From NCBI GenBank assembly GCA_032718475.1, contig JAUCBJ010009057.1, positions 62,001-126,000 of the forward strand: a DNA stretch of 64,000 bases, written 5' to 3'. Positions 22,335 through 33,800 of this stretch are shown here, piece after piece. This stretch comes from Nemertoderma westbladi (Eukaryota > Animalia > Xenacoelomorpha). A program made the position numbers and the translations under genes. Under the pieces are notes generated by a model. It was not told the DNA's origin. It searched no databases and saw only the letters and a list, made by a program, of their open reading frames with translations. The first letter of the stretch is position 1. Each line of letters opens with the position of its first letter.

Positions 22335-24851
22335 ATGACTGAGTTGATAGAAGATGATCTTGGTATCAGGGAGCGATATACTCTACCTTTACAAGCGTTT
22401 GTCGATAGCTTGATACGCGGCGACGCTGGTCCAACTACTACGGAGGATGATGGTCGTTATATCGAACCGCCAATGTCCCCGGAGCAACTTACGCGTGAAT
22501 TGGATTATAGAAAGTTCACCGCTCGCTATACGCATCGTAATGGTACGTATATGGACTTCTTAACTACCGGCCATCCTATCGATTTACACGATACGGACGA
22601 TGTAGATACCGAAAGGGAAATGGTTTTATTTAAATATCATACCCAGCGGAGTCGGAACGATAAACCGAGAATAGAACACGAGAACTCTATTCGAAACAGA
22701 CTCGAAAGGGAAGACGTTGAAGAGCCGGATAAACGCAGCGACTTCAACGATTATCTGCAATTCCTGAGAGAGACATATCTCAATATTGCCAGCCAACAAA
22801 ATCTCGAAACTCGATATCCTCAAGGTATACATCATGATCCTATGATAGAACTCAAACGACTCTATTTCACTATGATGTATCTTACCGCCGATCGACCGCT
22901 ACCTGTCGTCCCAGATAGCTTCGAACAGATGGAGGAATATTGTACAACTGGAGAACGATCACCCGCGTTTCCCCTGCAGGACGTGCGTCTTTGGTATTAC
23001 TGCGACGAATGCCCTAGACCCAATCAGCAAACGGAAAGACATAAACATCCGCGGAGATGTTGCGCTAAACACAGTTTTACACGATATACTTATGGGAGTT
23101 TCGAGCGAAACCTATTCGACATATCACCTACGGTCGCTCGGCTCAAACGATCCTTGAATAAACCAATGATCAGAGTTCCGGAATACTCGGTCAGACCTCC
23201 TCATTCCTCAGTTAGACCTCAGACTCTTGATCCTAATAGTATCACTGATCCTCCCGAACTGTACTCACTGTTCAAAGATCTAGTGTTACCCGAACAGTTG
23301 ATCGGTGGTACCCCGGTGGTGGGCTCGCTAGATATTCGCCAACCCTACCTAGCCGGATTAGGACGCGGTCATATGATATCGCCGTTTAACCCGTACAACC
23401 ATCCCGGCTTCACCCCAATACAACCTGTTACGGAAGTCGAAGAGAGCGTCGTACGAAACGCGTTAGACTCTATTCGGCAGAAAATCGGAAAGGGAACTTA
23501 CGATTGTTTGGAGAAACGTAAATTGCAGCAACAAGTCCAAGCGGTGAAGGAATTAGTTTTACCCCAGTTCGATAGAGAAATACAAAATCTCGAGGAGGAC
23601 ATCGAACGTGGACGAACCTACTCTTTACAAGAGTTCCTAGATGAGCGTCTACAACTACAAGCGGAGGAAAATCAGCTCGAGGAAAGACATATAGAACTAG
23701 ATGAGAGAGAAGAAGCAGCTTTAGCCCAACCCGAAGCTCAAATCCTTATGACGGATCTCTACTCCAAAACCATCCTTCATCCCTCGATGGTTCCCCATTT
23801 CGGAGACAAACTCTTTGCGACGGTACAACCCCAACCGGTTGATATCAACCTAAGATCTCGAGATCTTATCGCTGACGCTCCCATGTTGCAACGTCCGCCC
23901 ATCGAAGCCGCTCGTGTCGATGGTATACTCGTTGAACCTCCGGACAATAGAGCGGATCTTGTCCGTCGCATGGTACACGATGTAAACATACGCGCTAGAC
24001 CTTTACCGGACTCGTTTTATGGGATCAAAGATCACCCTTATTACGTCAATCTAACACAATATTACATGGTAAAACCAGAAGATCCTACACATAGTCTGAG
24101 GTTTCTACCACTCATAAATCCTCTCGATCTTGTCGAACTCGAACAACTGCAGAAACATCTGGATCAGTTAGTTAAAATAAACTCATTTCGAAAACCATAT
24201 AATGTTTCCAGAATAGAGAAAGAAACAATACCTCCGTATAATCTTGATGGATTCATCAAAACTCGATTAGTACACTGGAATCTTGACGTGTTATTCGAGG
24301 AGGAAAGAATACAACGATATGGAGATGTGGAAACATATACCACACAATATTTAAAGTATAGAGACCTACCTAATGCTAGCGAATGCGCTACCTTGTGGCA
24401 TCCAGTGGGAATGACCCTCGAAAACGCCACTAAAGAGTGGAACGAAACTCTTAACGTTATCGAGATGTATGGAGTTGTCACTTACGATAACGAAGGTAGC
24501 GTTCCGGTTGGAGAACTGGGAACTACGCGGATGATACACATACGAGGACTCGCTGGTTCTACCCACGTATTTACTCGAGCGTGTTCCGATGTGATTGATT
24601 ATTCTTTTGAAACTCTTACTGAGACACAAAAGAAACTCCGACATGGACAATTCGAACTCGCGCAGCGTTACGTCACCGACACCGAGCGCAAACCGGCCAT
24701 GGGTATTGATGGATCGATGTTACCCCAGCCCGTGCTTGAGATGTTGTTAACGAAAGAATCCTTAAAATCGGCTCAGCTGTTTATGGAGATCTACAAAACG
24801 ACTTTCGGAATATGGAGAACATTCCATACCCTTTCGTTGATACTCAGCTGA
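22335..24851 (+). CDS. Extra ORF of element A, N-terminal part (838 aa; unknown function; Cys/His cluster and coiled-coil-like segment)
   Basis: Long open frame between pol and the 3' LTR. Contains CDEC…HKHPRRCCAKH and an E/Q/L-rich helical stretch. No evident signal peptide. Homologous sequence is present in element B. Confidence 0.8.
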   Translation: MTELIEDDLGIRERYTLPLQAFVDSLIRGDAGPTTTEDDGRYIEPPMSPEQLTRELDYRKFTARYTHRNGTYMDFLTTGHPIDLHDTDDVDTEREMVLFKYHTQRSRNDKPRIEHENSIRNRLEREDVEEPDKRSDFNDYLQFLRETYLNIASQQNLETRYPQGIHHDPMIELKRLYFTMMYLTADRPLPVVPDSFEQMEEYCTTGERSPAFPLQDVRLWYYCDECPRPNQQTERHKHPRRCCAKHSFTRYTYGSFERNLFDISPTVARLKRSLNKPMIRVPEYSVRPPHSSVRPQTLDPNSITDPPELYSLFKDLVLPEQLIGGTPVVGSLDIRQPYLAGLGRGHMISPFNPYNHPGFTPIQPVTEVEESVVRNALDSIRQKIGKGTYDCLEKRKLQQQVQAVKELVLPQFDREIQNLEEDIERGRTYSLQEFLDERLQLQAEENQLEERHIELDEREEAALAQPEAQILMTDLYSKTILHPSMVPHFGDKLFATVQPQPVDINLRSRDLIADAPMLQRPPIEAARVDGILVEPPDNRADLVRRMVHDVNIRARPLPDSFYGIKDHPYYVNLTQYYMVKPEDPTHSLRFLPLINPLDLVELEQLQKHLDQLVKINSFRKPYNVSRIEKETIPPYNLDGFIKTRLVHWNLDVLFEEERIQRYGDVETYTTQYLKYRDLPNASECATLWHPVGMTLENATKEWNETLNVIEMYGVVTYDNEGSVPVGELGTTRMIHIRGLAGSTHVFTRACSDVIDYSFETLTETQKKLRHGQFELAQRYVTDTERKPAMGIDGSMLPQPVLEMLLTKESLKSAQLFMEIYKTTFGIWRTFHTLSLILS

Positions 24852-26587
24852 TTGCTCCCTGGGCAGAAGGCCGATGTTTCTTCCGCACCATGTATGCCAA
24901 TACACCCAGCGGCATTACTAAAGTACAACGAACCTCCATCGGACATCTTGCCTTTCAAGAATACGGATGGAATTTCAAGGTTGGAAATCCTATCAATTAC
25001 CAACAAGTATATGGAGACCATTATTCTCGTTTATACTTTGATGGACCATTGACCGCACCTGGCGCCGTGTATAGCTTTATGAGTGTTCCACTTCGTCCCT
25101 CCTTAGCTATATACACGATCTTTGAAAACGCAGCACTTGCCGGTTGGCTAGCCGATGTGTGCAGTCGTACCATACGCGCCCATCCCTTAATACTTGGAAC
25201 CAAACTCGCCAAGTTAGATGAACACAATAAATTCATCCGCTTCGAATGTTTCAGGCGCTTTCTGACTCCGTTCCGTAACGTTGATAGTCAGTTCAAGGAC
25301 CGCGCTCTGACCAAACTCAGCCTAAGAGACTCAGCTGCGGAGAAGCTAAACAGCGCGGGATTTGCCCTCTTTCAGGACGTTTGTATACAGAACTTACATT
25401 CATCTGTTATACAAAGACCCCGAATACCCACGGGTTATTCTGTCGTGGAAGTTCAGACAGTGGGTCCGCTTGCGGAGACAGCCGCACCTACCTCAGCTAT
25501 GCAATTGGAAGACGAACCAATATGCTTAGAATCTGAAGCGATCCAGCCTACAGCACCCCGGAGCAGCGATAACGATTACGTCTTGGAGTGGTATCAAGGT
25601 CCACAATGTCTCACTGCATACGATTATCGACACGCCAACTATGTTTCTCGAAAACGTTGTCGATTATGCGCATCGAGAGACCATGTCACCCCTATGGACT
25701 CAGACGTACCCTGCTCCTATTTCCACGAACAACCGATGATGGAGATCTATTGTGCGTATTGCAGACTTAATAACTCGCATATTTTTGCAGTCTGCCCCCA
25801 ATTTATGACCCAATGCCACCACTGTCAACTTAAAGGACATGCCAGTTATAATTGCCCCTTTAACCGCGATTTAGAAAGCGTAGATGAGATGATTACCCTG
25901 CGCTACATCCGAGCTTGGGAAGCGAACGCGGATTTACATTGTGAGTCCTGCCATCGCTACTACCCTGGACGCTCTTACGAGGGAGTTTACGCGTTCCATC
26001 CTTATTTATTCGCGTCTGTGGAACAAAAAACACGCACACCGAGTTATGAACTAATGAAGCGTGTTGGTGAGTGTATTTCCACCAAATTTGTTCGAAAATA
26101 TCTTAGGAACGTCAATCCTAACGATATTACTTCATACCATTTGATCAATTTCATCCGTCAAGACCCTGAGTATGGCGATTTATTTATCAACTCGCACCCT
26201 GAGTTACAGGAAGTATCTCGACGGCCCTACGAATATCGAGCCCGAGAACGCGAGCTGGAAAGAACCATTAAACCGAGGAAGTTTCTCACCACTCACGGTC
26301 CACCTACCGCCATTGTCCAGACGACCCGTCAAGGACCCGTCGGAGCTGCTGTCCTAAGACGCACCCTAAAGGCCGTTAGACCTCGCTCCACTGAAGTTGA
26401 TATCGATCAACCAGGTACCTCGACCGGCGGATACACCGATCGTAATCCTAAACCTTCTGATGCAATTGTATTGCACCCTTCACCCAGGAGTTATAGCCCT
26501 CCTAGTAAAGTGGCTTGCCCCAAAGAGAAAAGGACTCTTGCTAGCCTCAAAAAACTGCGTAAACGCCGTCCGCGTAAGAAAGACTAA
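24812..26587 (+). CDS. Extra ORF of element A, C-terminal part (591 aa; CCHC zinc knuckles, basic NLS-like tail); probably one ~1,417-aa ORF with the preceding frame
   Basis: CRLCASRDH…C, CAYCRLNNSHIFAVC and canonical CX2CX4HX4C CHHCQLKGHASYNC; ends KKLRKRRPRKKD. One added base (e.g. in the A4 run at 24795-24798) would fuse the two frames. Confidence 0.8.
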   Translation: MENIPYPFVDTQLIAPWAEGRCFFRTMYANTPSGITKVQRTSIGHLAFQEYGWNFKVGNPINYQQVYGDHYSRLYFDGPLTAPGAVYSFMSVPLRPSLAIYTIFENAALAGWLADVCSRTIRAHPLILGTKLAKLDEHNKFIRFECFRRFLTPFRNVDSQFKDRALTKLSLRDSAAEKLNSAGFALFQDVCIQNLHSSVIQRPRIPTGYSVVEVQTVGPLAETAAPTSAMQLEDEPICLESEAIQPTAPRSSDNDYVLEWYQGPQCLTAYDYRHANYVSRKRCRLCASRDHVTPMDSDVPCSYFHEQPMMEIYCAYCRLNNSHIFAVCPQFMTQCHHCQLKGHASYNCPFNRDLESVDEMITLRYIRAWEANADLHCESCHRYYPGRSYEGVYAFHPYLFASVEQKTRTPSYELMKRVGECISTKFVRKYLRNVNPNDITSYHLINFIRQDPEYGDLFINSHPELQEVSRRPYEYRARERELERTIKPRKFLTTHGPPTAIVQTTRQGPVGAAVLRRTLKAVRPRSTEVDIDQPGTSTGGYTDRNPKPSDAIVLHPSPRSYSPPSKVACPKEKRTLASLKKLRKRRPRKKD

Positions 26588-26657
26588 CTGTTTAGAGTAT
26601 TTTTATATTTTAGAAACTGTGATTTGTTATATTTTATAGACTTAAATCCCATTTTCT

Positions 26658-26665
26658 GGGAGCGG
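26658..26665 (+). promoter_or_regulatory. Polypurine tract (GGGAGCGG) abutting the 3' LTR
   Basis: Directly precedes TGT of the 3' LTR. Identical in diverged element B (56230-56237, minus strand). Confidence 0.85.
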
Positions 26666-27846
26666 TGTAAAGGCTTTCGCGGAATTAGCCGGTTATTTTC
26701 CCCGTAAAGTACTCTGTAGTTGGTTTAACAGGCATAAAAGGCCGTGTCCTTACTGTACTGGTGTTTTAGAGGACATAAAAGCCATTTCTTCTGTATGTGT
26801 ACTTTAGCGGACATAATTAGCAATTCTATGACGCAATACGCCTGATCCTCTTGAAACAGTGTAGCTACCATGACGACGGCTAACAGCTGAGGCTGTACAC
26901 GTGGAGCTTTTTCTTTGTTCTCTGTTCCTTCTTTGTTCGGTCGACCAATCAGAGCGTTTTTTGACTCTGTGTTGGAGATTGTATACAGAAACTCGTGGAG
27001 TTGAGTCAGTATGTGTTTTTATCCACTGCCTAGAACACCGGCTTTGGAACCTTCGTGTTTCAGTCTTTAGCACAACAGTAGTAGGCTTAATTATAGAATG
27101 TATATCTGTTATCATAACTTAACTCACAAACCATACCAATTCGCATCTCATTAAACATATCAATCAAACTTAACTTAACATTTTACTGCTATTTACTGTC
27201 GGTTATTCATTATATTTGTTGATGGAATATTATATTTGGAATACTGATAAATAATCAGACACCCCAATCTTCTTGATATACTAAAGGTTAGGGAGACCGG
27301 TTACATATAACGATTGCGACTTACATTAAAGTGGTTTGAAGTGAATCTAATGCTATTTCATAGGCCCTACATGTATTGTCTGTTGTTCTCTTTATATGTG
27401 ACTAAAATTAGTGAAGGTCGGCAGATCAGTGTGCAGTATTGTGCAGTATTGTGTATGATTGTGACTGATAACAAAGCATCTCCTAAAGAATGCGCCATAT
27501 CCGTGAATCTATAGCCATCCCGTTGTGTCTAGTTTAAGTCATAACTCTGTTTACATATTTAGAGCGCCACGTCCTAAAGGAACTGTTAATATTTCCCGAA
27601 AGTGAATAATATTTGTCAGAGATTATATATTACGATCAGTCGAATAATACAGTAGGCTTACACCGCAATACGGTTAGGCTTCCGAATCCAGTCTCCCGGG
27701 TATATCCAGCGGGTGAATGATCGCGCATAGACTGGCTTCGGCTAATGTAGTGTATCAAATACTTGTCATAGGCTAAAGACGATCTATTATCTAGAAGACA
27801 TCCCAATTTGGCAGGTTAAACTGCTAAAGGTCTGAAAGCGCGAACA
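26666..27846 (+). repeat. 3' LTR of element A (1181 bp)
   Basis: TGTAAAGG...GCGCGAACA followed by the GCAAG TSD and satellite. Confidence 0.98.
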
Positions 27847-30800
27847 GCAAGTATTGATGTATCATGTAAGTACTGCAAGTATTGGTGTACCATGTAAGTA
27901 CCTCAAGTATTGGTGTATCATGTAAGTACCTCAAGTATTGGTGTACCATGTAAGTACCTCAAGTATTGGTGTATCATGTATGTACGGCAAGTATTGGTGT
28001 ACCATGTAAGTACCTCAAGTATTGGTGTACCATGTAAGTACCGCAAGTATTGGTGTATCATGTAAGTACCGCAAGTATTGGTGTACCATGTAAGTACCGC
28101 AAGTATTGGTGTATCATGTAAGTACCGCAAGTATTGCTGTACCATGTAAGTACCTCAAGTATTGGTGTATCATGTAAGTACCTCAAGTATTGGTGTATCA
28201 TGTAAGTACCTCAAGTATTGGTGTATCATGTAAGTACCGCAAGTATTGCTGTACCATGTAAGTACCTCAAGTATTGGTGTATCATGTAAGTACCTCAATT
28301 ATTGGTGTATCATGTAAGTACCTCAAGTATTGGTGTATCATGTATGTACCGCAAGTATTGATGTATCATGTAAGTACTGCAAGTATTGGTGTACCATGTA
28401 AGTACCGCAAGTATTGGTGTACCATGTAAGTACCGCAAGTATTGGTGTACCATGTAAGTACCGCAAGTATTGGTGTACCATGTAAGTACCGCAAGTATTG
28501 GTGTATCATGTAAGTACCGCAAGTATTGGTGTACCATGTAAGTACCTCAAGTATTGGTGTATCATGTAAGTACCTCAAGTATTGGTGTATCATGTAAGTA
28601 CCTCAAGTATTGGTGTATCATGTATGTACCGCAAGTATTGATGTATCATGTAAGTACTGCAAGTATTGGTGTACCATGTAAGTACCTCAAGTATTGGTGT
28701 ATCATGTATGTACGGCAAGTATTGGTGTACCATGTAAGTACCGCAAGTATTGGTGTACCATGTAAGTACTGCAAGTATTGGTGTACCATGTAAGTACTGC
28801 AAGTATTGGTGTACCATGTAAGTACCTCAAGTATTGGTGTATCATGTAAGTACCGCAAGTATTGGTGTACCATGTAAGTACCTCAAGTATTGGTGTATCA
28901 TGTAAGTACCGCAAGTATTGGTGAACCATGTAAGTACCGCAAGTATTGGTGTATCATGTAAGTACCGCAAGTATTGGTGTATCATGTAAGTACCGCAAGT
29001 ATTGGTATACCATGTAAGTACCGCAAGTATTGGTGTACCATGTAAGTACCGCAAGTATTGGTGTACCATGTAAGTACCGCAAGTATTGGTGTATCATGTA
29101 AGTACCGCAAGTATTGGTGTATCATGTAAGTACCGCAAGTATTGGTGTATCATGTAAGTACCGCAAGTATTGGTGTACCATGTAAGTACCGCAAGTATTG
29201 GTGTACCATGTAAGTACCGCAAGTATTGGTGTATCATGTAAGTACCGCAAGTATTGGTGTACCATGTAAGTACCGCAAGTATTGGTGTACCATGTAAGTA
29301 CCGCAAGTATTGGTGTATCATGTAAGTACCGCAAGTATTGGTGTATCATGTAAGTACCGCAAGTATTGGTGTACCATGTAAGTACCGCAAGTATTGGTGT
29401 ACCATGTAAGTACCTCAAGTATTGGTGTACCATGTAAGTACCGCAAGTGAGTACCTCAAGTATTGGTGTATCATGTAAGTACCGCAAGTATTGTTGTACC
29501 ATGTAAGTACCGCAAGTGAGTACATCAAGTATTGGTGTACCATGTAAGTACCGCAAGTGAGTACATCAAGTATTGGTGTACCATGTAATTACCGCAAGTA
29601 TTGGTGTACCATGTAAGTACCGCAACTATTGGTGTACCATGTAAGTACCGCAAGTGAGTACATCAAGTATTGGTGTACCATGTAAGTACCGCAAGTATTG
29701 GTGTACCATGTAAGTACCGCAAGTATTGGTGTTCCATGTAAGTACCGCAAGTATTGGTGTACCATGTAAGTACCGCAAGTGAGTACATCAAGTATTGGTG
29801 TACCATGTAAGTATCGCAAGTATTGGTGTATCATGTAAGTACCGCAAGTATTGGTGTATCATGTAAGTACCGCAAGTGAGTACATCAAGTATTGGTGTAC
29901 CATGTAAGTACCGCAAGTATTGGTGTATCATGTAAGTACCGCAAGTATTGGTGTACCATGTAAGTACCGCAAGTGAGTACATCAAGTATTGGTGTACCAT
30001 GTAAGTACCGCAAGTATTTGTGTATCATGTAAGTACCGCAAGTATTGGTGTATCATGTAAGTACCGCAAGTGAGTACATCAAGTATTGGTGTCCCATGTA
30101 AGTACCGCAAGTATTGGTGTACCATGTAAGTACCGCAACTATTGGTGTATCATGTAAGTACCGCAAGTATTGGTGTACCATGTAAGTACCGCAAGTATTG
30201 GTGTATCATTTAAGTACCGCAAGTATTGGTGTACCATGTAAGTACCGCAAGTGAGTACATCAAGTATTGGTGTACCATGTAAGTACCGCAAGTATTGGTG
30301 TATCATGTATGTACGGCAAGTATTGGTGTACCATGTAAGTACCGCAAGTATTGGTGTATCATGTAAGTACCGCAAGTATTGGTGTACCATGTAAGTACCG
30401 CAAGTGAGTACATCAAGTATTGGTGTACCATGTAAGTACCGCAAGTATTGGTGTATCATGTAAGTACCGCAAGTATTGGTGTATCATTTAAGTACCGCAA
30501 GTGAGTACATCAAGTATTGGTGTACCATGTAAGTACCGCAAGTATTGGTGTACCATGTAAGTACCGCAACTATTGGTGTATCATGTAAGTACCGCAAGTA
30601 TTGGTGTACCATGTAAGTACCGCAAGAGAGTACATCAAGTATTGGTGTACCATGTAAGTACCGCAAGTATTGGTGTATCATGTAAGTACCGCAAGTATTG
30701 GTGTATCATGTAAGTACCGCAAGTATTGGTGTATCATGTAAGTACCGCAAGTATTGGTGTACCATGTAAGTACCGCAAGTGAGTACATCAAGTATTGGTG

Positions 30801-33800
30801 TACCATGTAAGTACCGCAAGTATTGGTGTATCATGTAAGTACCGCAAGTATTGGTGTATCATGTAAGTACCGCAAGTATTGGTGTATCATGTAAGTACCG
30901 CAAGTATTGGTGTATCATGTAAGTACCGCAAGTATTGGTGTACCATGTAAGTACCTCAAGTATTGGTTTATCATGTAAGTACCGCAAGTATTGGTGTATC
31001 ATGTAAGTACCGCAAGTATTGGTGTACCATGTAAGTACCGCAAGAGAGTACATCAAGTATTGGTGTACCATGTAAGTACCGCAAGTATTGGTGTATCATG
31101 TAAGTACCGCAAGTATTGGTGTATCATGTAAGTACCGCAAGTATTGGTGTATCATGTAAGTACCGCAAGTATTGGTGTACCATGTAAGTACCGCAAGTGA
31201 GTACATCAAGTATTGGTGTACCATGTAAGTACCGCAAGTATTGGTGTATCATGTAAGTACCGCAAGTATTGGTGTATCATGTAAGTACCGCAAGTATTGG
31301 TGTATCATGTAAGTACCGCAAGTATTGGTGTATCATGTAAGTACCGCAAGTATTGGTGTACCATGTAAGTACCTCAAGTATTGGTTTATCATGTAAGTAC
31401 CGCAAGTATTGGTGTATCATGTAAGTACCGCAAGTATTGGTGTACCATGTAAGTACCGCAAGTATTGGTGTATCATGTAAGTACCGCAAGTATTGGTGTA
31501 TCATGTAAGTACCGCAAGTATTGGTGTATCATGTAAGTACCGCAAGTATTGGTGTACCATGTAAGTACCGCAAGTGAGTACATCAAGTATTGGTGTACCA
31601 TGTAAGTACCGCAAGTATTGGTGTATCATGTAAGTACCGCAAGTATTGGTGTATCATGTAAGTACCGCAAGTATTGGTGTATCATGTAAGTACCGCAAGT
31701 ATTGGTGTATCATGTAAGTACCGCAAGTATTGGTGTACCATGTAAGTACCTCAAGTATTGGTTTATCATGTAAGTACCGCAAGTATTGGTGTATCATGTA
31801 AGTACCGCAAGTATTGGTGTACCATGTAAGTACCTCAAGTATTGGTGTATCATGTAAGTACCGCAAGTATTGGTGTATCATGTAAGTACCGCAAGTATTG
31901 GTGTATCATGTAAGTACCGCAAGTGAGTACATCAAGTATTGGTGTACCATGTAAGTACCGCAAGTATTGGTGTACCATGTAAGTACCGCAAGTGAGTACA
32001 TCAAGTATTGGTGTACCATGTAAGTATCGCAAGTATTGGTGTATCATGTAAGTACCGCAAGTATTGGTGTATCATGTAAGTACCGCAAGTGAGTACATCA
32101 AGTATTGGTGTACCATGTAAGTACCGCAAGTATTGGTGTATCATGTAAGTACCGCAAGTATTGGTGTACCATGTAAGTACCGCAAGTGAGTACATCAAGT
32201 ATTGGTGTACCATGTAAGTACCGCAAGTATTGGTGTATCATGTAAGTACCGCAAGTATTGGTGTATCATGTAAGTACCGCAAGTGAGTACATCAAGTATT
32301 GGTGTACCATGTAAGTACCGCAAGTATTGGTGTACCATGTAAGTACCGCAACTATTGGTGTATCATGTAAGTACCGCAAGTATTGGTGTACCATGTAAGT
32401 ACCGCAAGTATTGGTGTATCATTTAAGTACCGCAAGTATTGGTGTACCATGTAAGTACCGCAAGTGAGTACATCAAGTATTGGTGTACCATGTAAGTACC
32501 GCAAGTATTGGTGTATCATGTATGTACGGCAAGTATTGGTGTACCATGTAAGTACCGCAAGTATTGGTGTATCATGTAAGTACCGCAAGTATTGGTGTAC
32601 CATGTAAGTACCTCAAGTATTGGTGTATCATGTAAGTACCTCAAGTATTGGTGTACCATGTAAGTACCTCAAGTATTGGTGTATCATGTATGTACGGCAA
32701 GTATTGGTGTACCATGTAAGTACCTCAAGTATTGGTGTACCATGTAAGTACCGCAAGTATTGGTGTATCATGTAAGTACCGCAAGTATTGGTGTACCATG
32801 TAAGTACCGCAAGTATTGGTGTATCATGTAAGTACCGCAAGTATTGCTGTACCATGTAAGTACCTCAAGTATTGGTGTATCATGTAAGTACCTCAAGTAT
32901 TGGTGTATCATGTAAGTACCTCAAGTATTGGTGTATCATGTAAGTACCGCAAGTATTGCTGTACCATGTAAGTACCTCAAGTATTGGTGTATCATGTAAG
33001 TACCTCAATTATTGGTGTATCATGTAAGTACCTCAAGTATTGGTGTATCATGTATGTACCGCAAGTATTGATGTATCATGTAAGTACTGCAAGTATTGGT
33101 GTACCATGTAAGTACCGCAAGTATTGGTGTACCATGTAAGTACCGCAAGTATTGGTGTACCATGTAAGTACCGCAAGTATTGGTGTACCATGTAAGTACC
33201 GCAAGTATTGGTGTATCATGTAAGTACCGCAAGTATTGGTGTACCATGTAAGTACCTCAAGTATTGGTGTATCATGTAAGTACCTCAAGTATTGGTGTAT
33301 CATGTAAGTACCTCAAGTATTGGTGTATCATGTATGTACCGCAAGTATTGATGTATCATGTAAGTACTGCAAGTATTGGTGTACCATGTAAGTACCTCAA
33401 GTATTGGTGTATCATGTATGTACGGCAAGTATTGGTGTACCATGTAAGTACCGCAAGTATTGGTGTACCATGTAAGTACTGCAAGTATTGGTGTACCATG
33501 TAAGTACTGCAAGTATTGGTGTACCATGTAAGTACCTCAAGTATTGGTGTATCATGTAAGTACCGCAAGTATTGGTGTACCATGTAAGTACCTCAAGTAT
33601 TGGTGTATCATGTAAGTACCGCAAGTATTGGTGTACCATGTAAGTACCGCAAGTATTGGTGTATCATGTAAGTACCGCAAGTATTGGTGTATCATGTAAG
33701 TACCGCAAGTATTGGTATACCATGTAAGTACCGCAAGTATTGGTGTACCATGTAAGTACCGCAAGTATTGGTGTACCATGTAAGTACCGCAAGTATTGGT

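Larger units (their letters stand above)
13643..27846 (+). mobile_element. BEL/Pao LTR retrotransposon, copy A2 (both LTRs, ~4.56-kb internal deletion, extra 3' ORF)
   Basis: LTRs at 13643-14823 and 26666-27846 (about a dozen differences by eye, ~99% identical), GCAAG TSD, PPT, domain order PR-RT-RH-IN. The junction at ~15434 joins A1-equivalent positions 4858 and 9416. Confidence 0.97.

Noticed and set aside
22335-26587. Extra ORF as env
   Set aside because: The position is env-like, but I see no signal peptide or transmembrane anchor; it has zinc knuckles and a basic C-terminus instead.
3076-27846. Two independent site-specific insertions, or a tandem element sharing an LTR
   Set aside because: The identical satellite flank variants, shared stop codon and truncation of A1 are better explained by post-insertion segmental duplication.
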